60,079 nucleotides of DNA from Pseudomonadota bacterium (GTDB taxonomy: Bacteria; Pseudomonadota; Gammaproteobacteria; Steroidobacterales; Steroidobacteraceae), in contig JAYTQU010000012.1 in NCBI GenBank assembly GCA_043746555.1, positions 1 through 60,079 on the forward strand. The letters run 5' to 3'. The stretch's first letter is position 1. Each line of letters starts with the position of its first letter. Of the stretch, positions 21,565 through 31,641 are shown piece after piece. The notes under the pieces are model-generated. The model ran no database searches and was not told where the DNA came from. It worked only from the letters and a program-made list of their open reading frames with translations. The position numbers were made by a program, and so were the translations under genes.

Positions 21565-22260
21565 ATGCAGCGACGCACATTACTGGCGAGCTTGTGTCTG
21601 ATTGCAGCGGCGCTAATCGCGCCGCTGCATGCGCAACAATCGACTGCGCCGGCCGCGCAAGTCAATCGCGGCGAACCCAACTTTTCTCGTTGGGAAAAGG
21701 CCATTGCGAAGATCGAGCAAACAAGCCCTCGCGATCCCGGTGGCATTGTGTTTACCGGAAGTTCGTCGATTGCGCGTTGGACAACTCTAGCGCAGGATTT
21801 TCCGACGCTGCCGGTTCGCAATCACGGCTTTGGCGGTTCGATCATCGCCGAAGTCACGCACTTTGCCGATCGCATCATCGTTCCGTACAAGCCACGCATG
21901 GTGGTGTTCTATGCGGGCGACAACGATTTGGGCTTCGGTCGCACGCCGGAGCAAGTGTTAGCGGATTTCAAAACATTCTTTACCACTGTGCGTAAGGCTT
22001 TGCCGAAAACCAAGATCGCATTCATCTCCATTAAGCCAAGCATCTTGCGCAAGAATCTGGTCGAGCAGATGCGCGCGTCGAATCGACTGATTCAGAGTTG
22101 GCTCAAGAAGCAGAAGAACGCCGCTTACATCGACGTCTTCACGCCGATGCTTGACGACAAAGGCGAGATTCGAGCCGACTTGTTCGTTGCGGATAATCTG
22201 CACATGACTCCGACCGGCTATGCAATTTGGACACGCGTTGTCGGACCGTATTTAAAATAG
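21565..22260 (+). CDS. SGNH/GDSL-family hydrolase, exported
   Basis: Has a signal peptide and all four SGNH blocks: block I VFTGSSS, block II GFGGS, block III AGDND, block V DNLHMT. Confidence 0.75.
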   Translation: MQRRTLLASLCLIAAALIAPLHAQQSTAPAAQVNRGEPNFSRWEKAIAKIEQTSPRDPGGIVFTGSSSIARWTTLAQDFPTLPVRNHGFGGSIIAEVTHFADRIIVPYKPRMVVFYAGDNDLGFGRTPEQVLADFKTFFTTVRKALPKTKIAFISIKPSILRKNLVEQMRASNRLIQSWLKKQKNAAYIDVFTPMLDDKGEIRADLFVADNLHMTPTGYAIWTRVVGPYLK

Positions 22261-22285
22261 TCTTTCACGCGCGGTGCATTCGTCG

Positions 22286-23203
22286 CTACGCCGCCGCGCG
22301 ATTTTCGTTTGTTTCATTCAGCACTTCGCAAACATCCTTAAGCAAATGCGATAGTTCCCCGGTCATCAACCTGAAGTCGGTTGCGAATTTCTCGTCCGCG
22401 TTTAGCTCCACCTCTGCGTCTCGCTCTTCCGCCATCTCTAAAAATTCGACGCGCTTGATTTGCAGCTTGTCGGTCAGCACGAACGAGATGCGGTCGTTCC
22501 ACGTCAGCCCCAGTCGCGTGACGAATTTCCCTGACGACAGGTGCGCTTTGATTTCTTTTGCCTCCAGCGGATGCCGCACATATCGCACAGTCGCTCTGGT
22601 TTTATCGGCCGCTTGCAATTCCAAATCTTGATCGATAGTAAATCGCGATGGCGCGTCGCCGAGCATGAGCCACGCAGCCATTGCGGAGTGCGGTGAGCGT
22701 TCGGTGTCTATCGGGGTAACGGCGAACGATCCAAGCGTGTCGCGCAAGGTTTCCACCAACTCTTCGGCACGCGGCAAACTCGCGGAATCGACGACAAACC
22801 AGCCGTTTTCCGGATCGATCCATGCGCGCATGATCTTGCGCCGAGTCAACGCACGCGCGCGCAGCTCGGTGGTGACGCTCTCCTTGATCTCGCGCAATTG
22901 GCGTCGAGCAACCGGATGACCTTGTTCGCGTTCGAGAACTTTGGCGCGCTCGAGCGTTTCTTGACGGATAATTGAGCTCGGCAATAACTTCTGATTTACA
23001 CCGAGAGCGATTAAGTGTCGGCGACTCACCGTTTGCACTAGGCGCTGATCGTCGGTAGACGACGGTGGCGTCCAACCGCGATTGAACATTTCAAGACTGC
23101 CGCACTCGCGCAGTTTGCGCCCCCAAAGTTGATCTTCCAGATCGGCGGCCGATAATCCCCAGTCCTTTGGGAGACGATAGAAAACCAAATTTTTAAACCA
23201 CAT
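22286..23203 (-). CDS. rdgC: Recombination-associated protein RdgC
   Basis: 305 aa beginning MWFKNLVFYRL, collinear with E. coli RdgC. Confidence 0.9.
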   Translation of the reverse strand: MWFKNLVFYRLPKDWGLSAADLEDQLWGRKLRECGSLEMFNRGWTPPSSTDDQRLVQTVSRRHLIALGVNQKLLPSSIIRQETLERAKVLEREQGHPVARRQLREIKESVTTELRARALTRRKIMRAWIDPENGWFVVDSASLPRAEELVETLRDTLGSFAVTPIDTERSPHSAMAAWLMLGDAPSRFTIDQDLELQAADKTRATVRYVRHPLEAKEIKAHLSSGKFVTRLGLTWNDRISFVLTDKLQIKRVEFLEMAEERDAEVELNADEKFATDFRLMTGELSHLLKDVCEVLNETNENRAAA

Positions 23204-23443
23204 TGCGAGTCGGCGCCGAAGGAACTGGGCGCGCAGTATATGAAGTGTGCCTCGCTCGACATAGCCTTGTTATTTCATACGCAAGTGTGTAAGCGCTTGC
23301 GTGGCGACGGCGGCCGACGGCAACATGCACCCCATGAACTACATCTATGAAGTGAAGGATGCAATCGCGCTGTCCACGCCGCTCGCCCATGGAATCCACA
23401 GCATCAACACGGCGCTGCGCCAACCGCGCTCATTTGTTGGGCG

Positions 23444-24109
23444 GTGGAACGTATTCCCACGCTCGTCCCGATGCGGGTGGTGCGAATCACCGTCGATCTG
23501 TTGCGTCCGGTTCCGGTGGCACCGCTTGAAATCAAGGTCGAAGTCGTGCGTGAAGGTCGCAAGATTCAACTCTGTTCGGTGCAGTTATTTGCCGACGGCG
23601 TCGAAGTCACTCGCGCATCCGTGCTCAAGATTCGCGCGACCGAGCTATCGCTGCCGAAGACGGTGATAGAAGAAATCGTCGCCTATCCTGGCCCCGAAGA
23701 GAGTCGCATTCCGAAAAGCGATCCGGAAGGTTCGAATCTCTTTACGACTGGCGTACAGATGCGTGTGGCAAAGGGCGGATTTCGTCAACCCGGTCCCGCC
23801 GCAATTTGGTTTCGCGCCGAGCGACCGATTGTTTCCGGCGAGATCATCTCACCCGTGATGCGCGCTGCGATTGCCGGCGATTTCTGCAACGGTACATCGT
23901 CGTCGCTCGATTTTCGCCAGTGGACGTTCATTAACGCCGACCTCAGCATCAGTCTTGCCCGCATGCCCGTTGGCGAATGGATACTGCTCGATGCGGAAAG
24001 CTACGTCGGATCAAACGGCGCGGGTGTCGCGTTCGCGCGATTGGGCGATACGCAAGGTTACTTCGGCCGTGCCGTGCAGAGTCTGGTGATTGAACCACGC
24101 AAGAGTTAG
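23444..24109 (+). CDS. Acyl-CoA thioesterase-like (double hotdog, 4HBT_3-type) protein; the N-terminus appears frameshifted
   Basis: The ORF has the family core RVVRITVDLLRPVPVAPLEIKVEVVREGRKIQ. Family-like sequence (RPWNPQHQHGAAPTALI) continues upstream in the same frame to 23351 with no start codon. A plausible N-terminus (MNYIYEVKD.., ATG 23334) sits in another frame. Confidence 0.6.
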   Translation: MERIPTLVPMRVVRITVDLLRPVPVAPLEIKVEVVREGRKIQLCSVQLFADGVEVTRASVLKIRATELSLPKTVIEEIVAYPGPEESRIPKSDPEGSNLFTTGVQMRVAKGGFRQPGPAAIWFRAERPIVSGEIISPVMRAAIAGDFCNGTSSSLDFRQWTFINADLSISLARMPVGEWILLDAESYVGSNGAGVAFARLGDTQGYFGRAVQSLVIEPRKS

Positions 24110-24117
24110 CGAGAGTT

Positions 24118-26196
24118 TCAGCGCCGGCTCTTGCTACCGCTGTGTGCTTTGTGCGCTCTATTTGCAACGTGTAGTTTGCCTGAGTCTCGCGGTCGATCGG
24201 AACGCGCGGGTCGATCCGCTTTATAACTCTTGAAATGCGCGTGCTTGGGTCGCGGCGCGTCGGCTCGACTGATGCGCAACTCTTGTCCGGCAACGCGAGT
24301 CTTTTGTAGATCGCGAAAAATTTGTTTCGGCATGCCTTCCGGTAAATCGACCAAGCTGTGATCGTCGCGAATATCGACGCGACCGATAAACTTGCCTTCG
24401 AGTCCCGCTTCGTTCGCGAGTGCTCCGACGATGTTGCCGGGCTTCACGCCGTGCACAAGGCCGACTTCGATACGGAATGTCTCTCTCTTGATCTCGGCGT
24501 CGCCGCTATCTTCACGCTGCGCATTACGCGGCGCTGATGGTTCGTCGTCGAGAAACGTCGGCATATCGTCATTTGCGTCATTGGCATTGGGGACAAACTT
24601 CGCCGGGGCTTCGCGCTTTTTGAAATCGGTTCGTTTCGTATCGCGACGTGGACTCTCGGCACGCGGACCTTCCTCTCTCGGCTGTTCACGATGCGGCTGG
24701 TCGTCACGACTTCTGGTTGGCTTGGAATCGTTACGCGCTGTGCGTTCGAACCTTGCCGGACGCGCGCCGCGCTCGCTATCGCGCGCGAATGGAGTCTGGT
24801 TGTCTTTGTTGCTGTCGGTCGCATTCGATCGCCCGTTCTCCAATAACAACGGCGCGCGCCCCTGCGCCATGCTGACCAGCGCGGCTGCAATGTCGAGTGC
24901 GGACGAGCCGCTTTCTTGTTCGAACTGTTCGACCAAGAATCGAAAGCGCTGCGCTTCGCCGCTAGCAATCACTGCTGCGATGCGTTCTTTGAATTTGGCG
25001 ATGCGTTGTTGATTGACCGCTTCCACCGTCGGCATCTGCATGTGCTCAATCGGTTGCCGAGTGGCGCGCTCAATGACGCGCAGCATGTTTCGCTCACGCG
25101 GGGCGATGAAGAGAATCGCTTCGCCGCTACGTCCCGCACGACCGGTGCGACCGATGCGATGCACATACGACTCGGAATCGTATGGCACATCGTAGTTGAT
25201 GACGTGACTGATGCGATCCACATCCAAACCGCGAGCCGCGACATCGGTGGCGACCAAGATGTCGATCTGTCCCGACTTCAATCGTGCGATGGTGCGTTCG
25301 CGAACGTTTTGTGCGATGTCGCCGTTCAAGGCGTCGACCGCGAAGCCGCGCGCGCCGAGTTTCTCGGCGAGTTCAACAGTGGCTTGTTTGGTGCGCGCGA
25401 AAACGAGCATAGCGTCGAATGTTTCGGCTTCGAGAATGCGCGTCAACGCTTCAAGCTTGTTGTGCATGCCGCCGACGATCCAATAGCGCTGGCGGATGTT
25501 GGTCGCCGTGCTGGTCGCACTGCGAATCGTGATTTCCACCGGCGACTGCAAATGTTTTTGGCAGATACGACGAATTTGCTGCGGCATGGTGGCCGAGAAC
25601 AACGCCACTTGTCGTTGCTTTGGGGTTTTTTCGAGAATCCATTCCACGTCATCGATGAATCCCATCTGGAGCATTTCATCCGCTTCATCGAGTACCAGGT
25701 ACGTGAGCGCGCTCACGTCAAGCGTGTTGCGCTTTAGATGATCCATGACTCGGCCGGGCGTGCCGACAACCACATGCACGCCGCGCTTAAGACTTTGCAA
25801 TTGCGGCGTGTAACTTTGCCCGCCGTAGATCGGCAGCACATGAAAGCCGCTGATGTGCGCCGCATATTTTTGAAACGCTTCGGCGACTTGAATGGCGAGT
25901 TCGCGCGTCGGACACAACACCAACGCTTGCGGCGTTTTCTGTTTGATATTGATCCTCGACAGAATTGGCAACGCGAATGCGGCTGTCTTGCCGGTGCCGG
26001 TTTGCGCTTGGCCAAGCACATCTTTTCCGGCGAGCAAAGGTGGAATCGTTTCGGCTTGGATGGGCGATGGCGATTCGTAACCCACATCGGCGAGGGCTTT
26101 AAGCACCGCGTCGCTGAGGTTGAGATCGCGAAACGCGACCTGAGCGGTCAAAGAGTCCTGGGAAGAATCATTGGAAATAGCAGCAGCGGCGCGCAC
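24118..26196 (-). CDS. deaD: Cold-shock DEAD-box RNA helicase DeaD/CsdA
   Basis: 692 aa. GTG start with GAGGTG upstream. Motifs: [24 protein letters not shown] and [10 protein letters not shown]. The C-terminus carries a DbpA-type RNA-binding domain (FRIEVGLVHGVKPGNIVGALANE) and a basic tail. Confidence 0.9.
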   Translation of the reverse strand: MRAAAAISNDSSQDSLTAQVAFRDLNLSDAVLKALADVGYESPSPIQAETIPPLLAGKDVLGQAQTGTGKTAAFALPILSRINIKQKTPQALVLCPTRELAIQVAEAFQKYAAHISGFHVLPIYGGQSYTPQLQSLKRGVHVVVGTPGRVMDHLKRNTLDVSALTYLVLDEADEMLQMGFIDDVEWILEKTPKQRQVALFSATMPQQIRRICQKHLQSPVEITIRSATSTATNIRQRYWIVGGMHNKLEALTRILEAETFDAMLVFARTKQATVELAEKLGARGFAVDALNGDIAQNVRERTIARLKSGQIDILVATDVAARGLDVDRISHVINYDVPYDSESYVHRIGRTGRAGRSGEAILFIAPRERNMLRVIERATRQPIEHMQMPTVEAVNQQRIAKFKERIAAVIASGEAQRFRFLVEQFEQESGSSALDIAAALVSMAQGRAPLLLENGRSNATDSNKDNQTPFARDSERGARPARFERTARNDSKPTRSRDDQPHREQPREEGPRAESPRRDTKRTDFKKREAPAKFVPNANDANDDMPTFLDDEPSAPRNAQREDSGDAEIKRETFRIEVGLVHGVKPGNIVGALANEAGLEGKFIGRVDIRDDHSLVDLPEGMPKQIFRDLQKTRVAGQELRISRADAPRPKHAHFKSYKADRPARSDRPRDSGKLHVANRAHKAHSGSKSRR

Positions 26197-26363
26197 TTAA
26201 GCACCTCAAATTCACTTAACGGTGTGAACTGCAAACGCGCGGGGTGCGCCACAGTTGGGGCGCGGGATTCTAACGGTTTGGCCGCCAAATTGCCGAAGTA
26301 TCGGCGCTACTCGCCGCGAACATAATCGCGGCATCATCCGCCTGGAGTTTGGGAAAACGTCAT

Positions 26364-26390
26364 AAAAGAAGGCCGCACGAAGCGGCCTTC
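26364..26390 (-). terminator. Rho-independent terminator downstream of 26418..26810
   Basis: On the minus strand: GAAGGCCGC-TTCGT-GCGGCCTTC followed by TTTT. Confidence 0.7.
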
Positions 26391-26417
26391 TCGCATTGAG
26401 CATTGGCGATGAGCCGA

Positions 26418-26810
26418 TTATTTCGCTGTCTTCGCAACCGCCGCGGTTTTAACAATGGTTTCCTTAGTTGTCGTGTTGGCGGTTTTTTTCGACACTAAAC
26501 CACCCTGCTTAGTCTCGTCCTGCTTTGTTTCGTTGACGGCGCGTGCCTGAGTTTTGGCGTCGACCTTGATCTTGTGGGTGTGTTTTTTCGTCGTGTTTTT
26601 CATATCCTTGGATACTGAAGCGACTGTTGCCTTTTTGCTACCTGTCGATCCTGGCGTCTTCGATGTCGCGACGACTTGTTCCGACTTGGCTGGAACGGTA
26701 TGCGTCATCGCTTTATGTACTGGTTTCACAGTCGCGGCAGTCTGGGCCATCGAGGCGGATGCGAAAACGCTGCTGGCAAGAATGGCGAAAGAAATGTTGG
26801 CAATACTCAT
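26418..26810 (-). CDS. Small secreted Lys/Thr/Ala-rich low-complexity protein
   Basis: 130 aa from the ATG at 26810, with GGAG upstream. Signal peptide is MSIANISFAILASSVFASASMA; the remainder is low-complexity K/T/A-rich. A terminator follows directly. Confidence 0.5.
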   Translation of the reverse strand: MSIANISFAILASSVFASASMAQTAATVKPVHKAMTHTVPAKSEQVVATSKTPGSTGSKKATVASVSKDMKNTTKKHTHKIKVDAKTQARAVNETKQDETKQGGLVSKKTANTTTKETIVKTAAVAKTAK

Positions 26811-27112
26811 GAGGAATCTCCTACTAAGAAATTGATTGATGGCTTTTGCTGCTCGGCGAACAACGGTGATCGCTTGGAGATAGCTTGCAAGAATGGAGAT
26901 GAATGAAATATGAAGCGCGGGCCGCAAACGACGATTCTCGCAGCAATGCGGTCGTTTCGTCGCCATGCAGCATCGCTGTGCTTGCGCATCGCCCCTATCG
27001 CGGACGTCGAAGATGTGCAAATGGAAACGATTTGGAAACGGCACCCGATCAGGCGCACCAATAAAAAAGCCCACGCATGCGCGCGGGCTTCTTGGAGGGG
27101 GATCGAATTCGA

Positions 27113-29029
27113 CTAATTGTTTACTACGACAATCAAGTGATCGGCGGTGAAGGTGTTGGTGACGCTATTGAAACTGCCGCTTGCCGCCAATCGATCAACA
27201 AGCGTCGAACCGTTCAACGCGGACGACAGCGCAGTCGCGAAATCGGCAAAGGTATTGAAGTTTTCGATCTTATGCGTTGCCACGTGACCGATCGAATACA
27301 ACTGCATGCTCGAAGTCGCATCCGGGACGATCATCGGGCTGGAGGTCAAGCTTTTAAGGTCGATACGCATCGGTCCCACTTCGATCACATGCTCGACGCC
27401 GATGTTTGGATTCGAAAGATCGAGCACCAACTGCGCGTTGCTTTCGGTCGTGAACGGTGCGGTCGTACCTTTAAGGCCCCAACCGATATCGAGTTCCGCT
27501 CTGACGGCGGAGAAATCAACCAGTGTCATCGCGTTGAAATCGGGCGGTGCAGAACCAAATGATGTCACGAAACCGAACATTCGCGTCGGCGCATTGAGCG
27601 CGAGCCCCGCAAGCGGCAGCGACTGTGTATTGACCACATAGTTGCTCGACTGCGCATCGTCTGCTGTTGTCTTTCCGGTGCCGGTGAAATCGTAAGCGCT
27701 CGCCGGTCGAGTGTCGATCGCCATCAAGTTCAGCGCGACGCTACCCGATCCGGTTGAAGTTGCAGCCGTGGTGTTTTTTACGACGCCCCAGATCGGTGTG
27801 ATGACCAATCGCACGCGCCCTGCCGTCGCATCGAACGTTGTGCCTTTGCCATTCACAGTGCTTTGGTTCATCGAGTTGATTGACTCGACCCCAAAGACAT
27901 CGATTCGCTGGCCGACCGATATGGCGCTTATATCGAACGAACCGCTCTGACCTTCTTCCGTCACGATGGTATTCGAGCCGACTGTCACACTGACATTGCC
28001 GCCGCCAAACTCGAACGCGCCATCATGCCGACCGATTTCAACGCCGCGAATAGTCAGCGTGTTTCCGCTTCTCCCTACGACGTTGCCGGTCAAGTGGTCG
28101 ATATTCTCGTTTTCTAGACTCGTGCCCGCCAAAATGTTTGCGGCTGTAAAGGTCATATCCGAAATCTGCAACGAGCCGAATGCCGCCGTCATCGCACCGG
28201 TGGGCAACGCCGCCAATGCGGTCAAGCCCGCCGTGCCCTGGTACGCCTTGCCATTGATTTCATAGGTCGTGTCGGCTGTGGTGTGCACGGTGACTTGGCC
28301 ATTGGTCGCACTCGACGCCATATGGAATGGCGCAACGTTGACAACATAGTCGCTATTCGCCTCGTCGACGCTTGTTAACGCGCCACGAACGCGAGTCTTT
28401 TTAGAGTCGGTCGGCATGACGCTGGCGACCACAAAAGGTTGCACCGTAACCTTCGCTGTCGTTGTATCCACCGTATTCGAGGCAAGCAAATTGAAGTCGA
28501 ACGCCAAACGCGAAATTCTATTTGGCGCGATCACTAGGTGATTTTTATTATCGAGCTGCACATCGAGCGTCAACTGAGAAATGGGATTTCCGTCTTTGTC
28601 GACTGGCAATACTTTCAATCCGGTCGCACTGCCGTCATCGACGATGAGCGTCGCGCTCGTATAATCGACAGCAATGCTAGCGCCGACATATTCGCCGGCC
28701 GGAATCTGCCCGACACTCAACACTTCGGATAAATCGACCAGCTGCGCGAAGTCGATCGTCGTTGACTTGGGCAGAGTCTCGACGGCGGCACCGTTGGCTT
28801 TCTTGAGTTGTATCGAAGTGACCGTCACCGCATAGTTGGTGAAATCGCCTTGGGCGTCGGTCATGGTAAGCATGGCGCCGCCGCAACTCGATCCGCCGCA
28901 CGACTGGGGACTCGGCGGCTGCGACGCCATCCCTGCAACGCCTCCCGATCCGCCACCGCAACCTGACATCGTCAACAGCAGCGACGAGCAAATGCCCAGG
29001 CATCTACGCACACGTTTAAGAGGGTTCAT
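27113..29029 (-). CDS. Large lipoprotein with an N-terminal DUF4382-like domain
   Basis: 638 aa. Lipobox is LTMSGCGG. LTMTDAQGDFTNYAVTVTSIQLKK..IDFAQLVDLSEVL..IPAGEYVGASIAVDY resembles DUF4382. The rest is predicted beta-rich. Confidence 0.65.
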   Translation of the reverse strand: MNPLKRVRRCLGICSSLLLTMSGCGGGSGGVAGMASQPPSPQSCGGSSCGGAMLTMTDAQGDFTNYAVTVTSIQLKKANGAAVETLPKSTTIDFAQLVDLSEVLSVGQIPAGEYVGASIAVDYTSATLIVDDGSATGLKVLPVDKDGNPISQLTLDVQLDNKNHLVIAPNRISRLAFDFNLLASNTVDTTTAKVTVQPFVVASVMPTDSKKTRVRGALTSVDEANSDYVVNVAPFHMASSATNGQVTVHTTADTTYEINGKAYQGTAGLTALAALPTGAMTAAFGSLQISDMTFTAANILAGTSLENENIDHLTGNVVGRSGNTLTIRGVEIGRHDGAFEFGGGNVSVTVGSNTIVTEEGQSGSFDISAISVGQRIDVFGVESINSMNQSTVNGKGTTFDATAGRVRLVITPIWGVVKNTTAATSTGSGSVALNLMAIDTRPASAYDFTGTGKTTADDAQSSNYVVNTQSLPLAGLALNAPTRMFGFVTSFGSAPPDFNAMTLVDFSAVRAELDIGWGLKGTTAPFTTESNAQLVLDLSNPNIGVEHVIEVGPMRIDLKSLTSSPMIVPDATSSMQLYSIGHVATHKIENFNTFADFATALSSALNGSTLVDRLAASGSFNSVTNTFTADHLIVVVNN

Positions 29030-29238
29030 AAAATTGGTCTCCGGCTAATTGTAAAATTCTCTCGATCAGCAACGCTCGGAACTCGTGAAGGTTGACGCGC
29101 CTTATTGCAAATTGTTCCCGACGACTTGAACAATCTCACTTTACTGTCGCGAGTCGGCGACGAATCGATCGTCAGATTATCGATATCGAAACCTGACGCA
29201 ATTGCACGAGGCAACCGATACATGGCATTGTTGGCACA

Positions 29239-29928
29239 ATGAATATCGAACTCAATGCGCTTGAAGCGCGCGCGATCGGTTGCTTAATCGAAAAGCAAAT
29301 CACGACGCCCGATCAATACCCGCTGTCGCTCAACGCACTAACCAATGCCTGCAATCAAAAAAGCAATCGCGATCCGGTGTTGGACCTCGACGAGCGCGCG
29401 GTACAACAAGTCGTCGATGGGTTAGTCAGAAAGCATTTGGTGATCGAACGATCAGGTTTCGGCAGCCGGGTACCGAAGTACCAACACGTGTTCTGCAATA
29501 CGGAGTTTGGTTCGCTGAAATTTACGCCAATCGAAACCGCCATCATCTGCGAGTTACTCGTACGCGGTCCACAAACGCCCGGCGAACTGCGCGGACGCGC
29601 CAATCGCATGAGCGAAGTCACCGATGTGTCGCAAATAGAATCGGCTCTGCAAGCGTTAACGAGTCGTCAGGAAGGTCCTTTCGTCGTGCGACTCGCCCGC
29701 GAGCCAGGACGACGCGACAGTCGATACATTCAACTGTTCACAGGTCCGGTTGAAGCCGCAATAGACGAAGCATCCGACTATTCAGGCGAAAAAACGCCGT
29801 CGCGGGACTCTGCGCTCGATCCCATTCCGCCACCCATCGATGAGGATCGACTATCGCGATTGGAACTATTGGTAGAAAGTCTGTGTCGGGAAATCGAATC
29901 GCTAAAAAGCCGGCTCGATCAACGCTAA
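29239..29928 (+). CDS. yceH: YceH (UPF0502/DUF480) family protein
   Basis: LNALEARAIGCLIEKQITTPDQYPLSLNALTNACNQKSNRDPV closely parallels the E. coli YceH N-terminus. Confidence 0.85.
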   Translation: MNIELNALEARAIGCLIEKQITTPDQYPLSLNALTNACNQKSNRDPVLDLDERAVQQVVDGLVRKHLVIERSGFGSRVPKYQHVFCNTEFGSLKFTPIETAIICELLVRGPQTPGELRGRANRMSEVTDVSQIESALQALTSRQEGPFVVRLAREPGRRDSRYIQLFTGPVEAAIDEASDYSGEKTPSRDSALDPIPPPIDEDRLSRLELLVESLCREIESLKSRLDQR

Positions 29929-29937
29929 GTTTGGATC

Positions 29938-30483
29938 GTGCCGTATCGACTACGCAACGCAACGCTCGACGATCAAACCGATCTGCGAGAATTGATCGAT
30001 CGATCGGCTCGCGAACTTGGCGCGCGAGATTATTCGCAACAACAAATCGACGGTGCGCTTCGAGGCGCGTTCGCAGTCGATACACAACTCATCGCAGACG
30101 GCACCTACTTTGTCGCCGAGGAAGACGGCTCCATCATTGGCTGTGGTGGATGGAGCAAACGTCGAACCCTATTCGGCGGTGACGCCGGCGCCGATCGCAA
30201 TTATTCTTTACTCGATTCGCGTATCGATGCAGCAAAGATACGGGCCTTCTTTGTCGATCCCGCGCACGCTCGCAAAGGTATCGGACGCGCACTATTGGAG
30301 CGATGCGAATCAGAAGCGCGAACTCACGGGTTCTCACGATGCGAATTGATGGCGACATTGCCGGGCGTGCGACTCTATAGCGCCTTCGGTTACGTACCAG
30401 GAACGCCGATTCATTACGAATTGGGAGAAGGATTGACTATCGAATTTGTGCCGATGAGCAAGTCGGTTGGCGTGCAATTTTGA
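29938..30483 (+). CDS. GNAT family N-acetyltransferase
   Basis: 181 aa. The acetyl-CoA binding pattern is FFVDPAHARKGIGRALLERCE. Confidence 0.8.
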   Translation: MPYRLRNATLDDQTDLRELIDRSARELGARDYSQQQIDGALRGAFAVDTQLIADGTYFVAEEDGSIIGCGGWSKRRTLFGGDAGADRNYSLLDSRIDAAKIRAFFVDPAHARKGIGRALLERCESEARTHGFSRCELMATLPGVRLYSAFGYVPGTPIHYELGEGLTIEFVPMSKSVGVQF

Positions 30484-30821
30484 TCAGTGTGTGATCGTGT
30501 AGTAATGGTCAATGACTTGCGACAGCACATTGTGTCGTGACGGTGCCAGCTCCGTATGCAATACGGTTTTTAGCAACGGCATTCTTTGCCAAGTTGAGTC
30601 ATTGGTAATCGCTGCAGTCGCTCCGGCATGCAGCCCGGTGGCCAGCAAGATCGCATCCGGCGTACTAATATTGAAGCGTGTGCGCAAACTCGCTGCATCG
30701 AGCAGAATGTCGCGCTTGATAGGGATCAGTTCTCAATGGTCCTTATTTAAGTAATGGAATGCCATTGGAGCCAGACAGTCGAATCGATCAATATTTTTTT
30801 ATGTCCACGAAGCGAATCCAT
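30484..30821 (-). pseudogene. vapC: Decayed VapC (PIN-domain) toxin gene
   Basis: The N-terminal fragment MDSLRGHKKILIDSTVWLQWHSIT stops at 30747-30749. The C-terminal PIN portion (ELIPIKRDILLDAASLRTRFNISTPDAILLATGLHAGATAAITND..) is in a different frame, open only from 30732. The combined length of ~107 aa is short for a PIN domain. Confidence 0.65.
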
Positions 30822-30835
30822 ACGCCTTCCAGGAA

Positions 30836-31063
30836 TTACCAGTCTTTTCTCTCGCCTTGCAAGTAGGCTTTTGCACCCTGCCAAACTTCGCGATGAAGGC
30901 CAGTAGTACGGCGCGTAAAATTCTTGGGCTTAGGGATCATAACGACTCGATCCGATTTGCAAAGAACCAGCAATTCATCTCCAACCGACAGGGCGAGAGC
31001 CTCGCGAGCGAGTTGCGGGATGACAACCTGATACTTGCTGCTCAGAGTCACGGTAGTAGACAT
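30836..31063 (-). CDS. vapB: AbrB/MazE/SpoVT-family antitoxin (VapB-type)
   Basis: 75 aa from the ATG at 31063: MSTTVTLSSKYQVVIPQLAREALALSVGDELLV is a typical SpoVT-AbrB swapped-hairpin motif. It lies immediately upstream of the broken PIN gene. Confidence 0.75.
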   Translation of the reverse strand: MSTTVTLSSKYQVVIPQLAREALALSVGDELLVLCKSDRVVMIPKPKNFTRRTTGLHREVWQGAKAYLQGERKDW

Positions 31064-31150
31064 AGCAACCTGCGAATTGGACGGTAAAACGAATGAACGA
31101 GTTGACTTTGCGCGCGGAGATTTCCATTGTAAAGGTCGCTGTCGCAAGCG

Positions 31151-31636
31151 CTACGACAAATGCCCCACCCATCGTCCCGCTAAGACGACGCCTGCCCACA
31201 AAAGTAGCGAAAGCGCCGCCGACGCTTTTGCACTGCGAGGCGATGTCGATTTGTCCCATATGGCGACGTTTCTAAATACGCCAAAATGAAACCAAACCAT
31301 ATTGACTCCGGCGAGGGCCATCAGCAGTAATTTAATTTGAAACGCCGGATTTTCGATGTAGTGACTGGCGCGTGTGATAAACAAACCACTACCTGTTACG
31401 ACCGACAAGACAAAGGCAAACCACGTCCACGGCACCAATTCTTTCGATAGAGAGCGAACCGAATAGCTGCGCGCTGCGATTCCGATGAGTCGTAGGTCCA
31501 ACATCAATAGCGAACCCACCACCAGCACAATTGCGATCACGTGGATGGATTCAAGCAGCGGGTACCACCAAGATTCGCCGATGCGCATTGCCAACTCGGT
31601 GTTTTCCAACCACGACCAGAATTCGGTGAGCGACAC
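31151..31636 (-). CDS. Integral membrane protein (about 4 TM), paralogue B of a tandem pair, function unknown
   Basis: Motifs: ESIHVIAIVLVVGSLLMLDLRLIG, NPAFQIKLLL and LWAGVVLAGRW. I chose the GTG start at 31636 by alignment with the upstream paralogue; alternatives are 31708 and 31588. Confidence 0.6.
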   Translation of the reverse strand: MSLTEFWSWLENTELAMRIGESWWYPLLESIHVIAIVLVVGSLLMLDLRLIGIAARSYSVRSLSKELVPWTWFAFVLSVVTGSGLFITRASHYIENPAFQIKLLLMALAGVNMVWFHFGVFRNVAIWDKSTSPRSAKASAALSLLLWAGVVLAGRWVGHLS

Positions 31637-31641
31637 GACGG

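Noticed and set aside
24392-26325. Several long ORFs (206, 273 and 195 aa on the plus strand; 174 aa on the minus strand) overlapping the deaD gene
   Set aside because: They lie antisense to, or out of frame with, a gene carrying unmistakable DEAD-box motifs. They are Arg/Ala/Ser-rich and have no motifs. These are typical shadow ORFs of GC-rich coding DNA.
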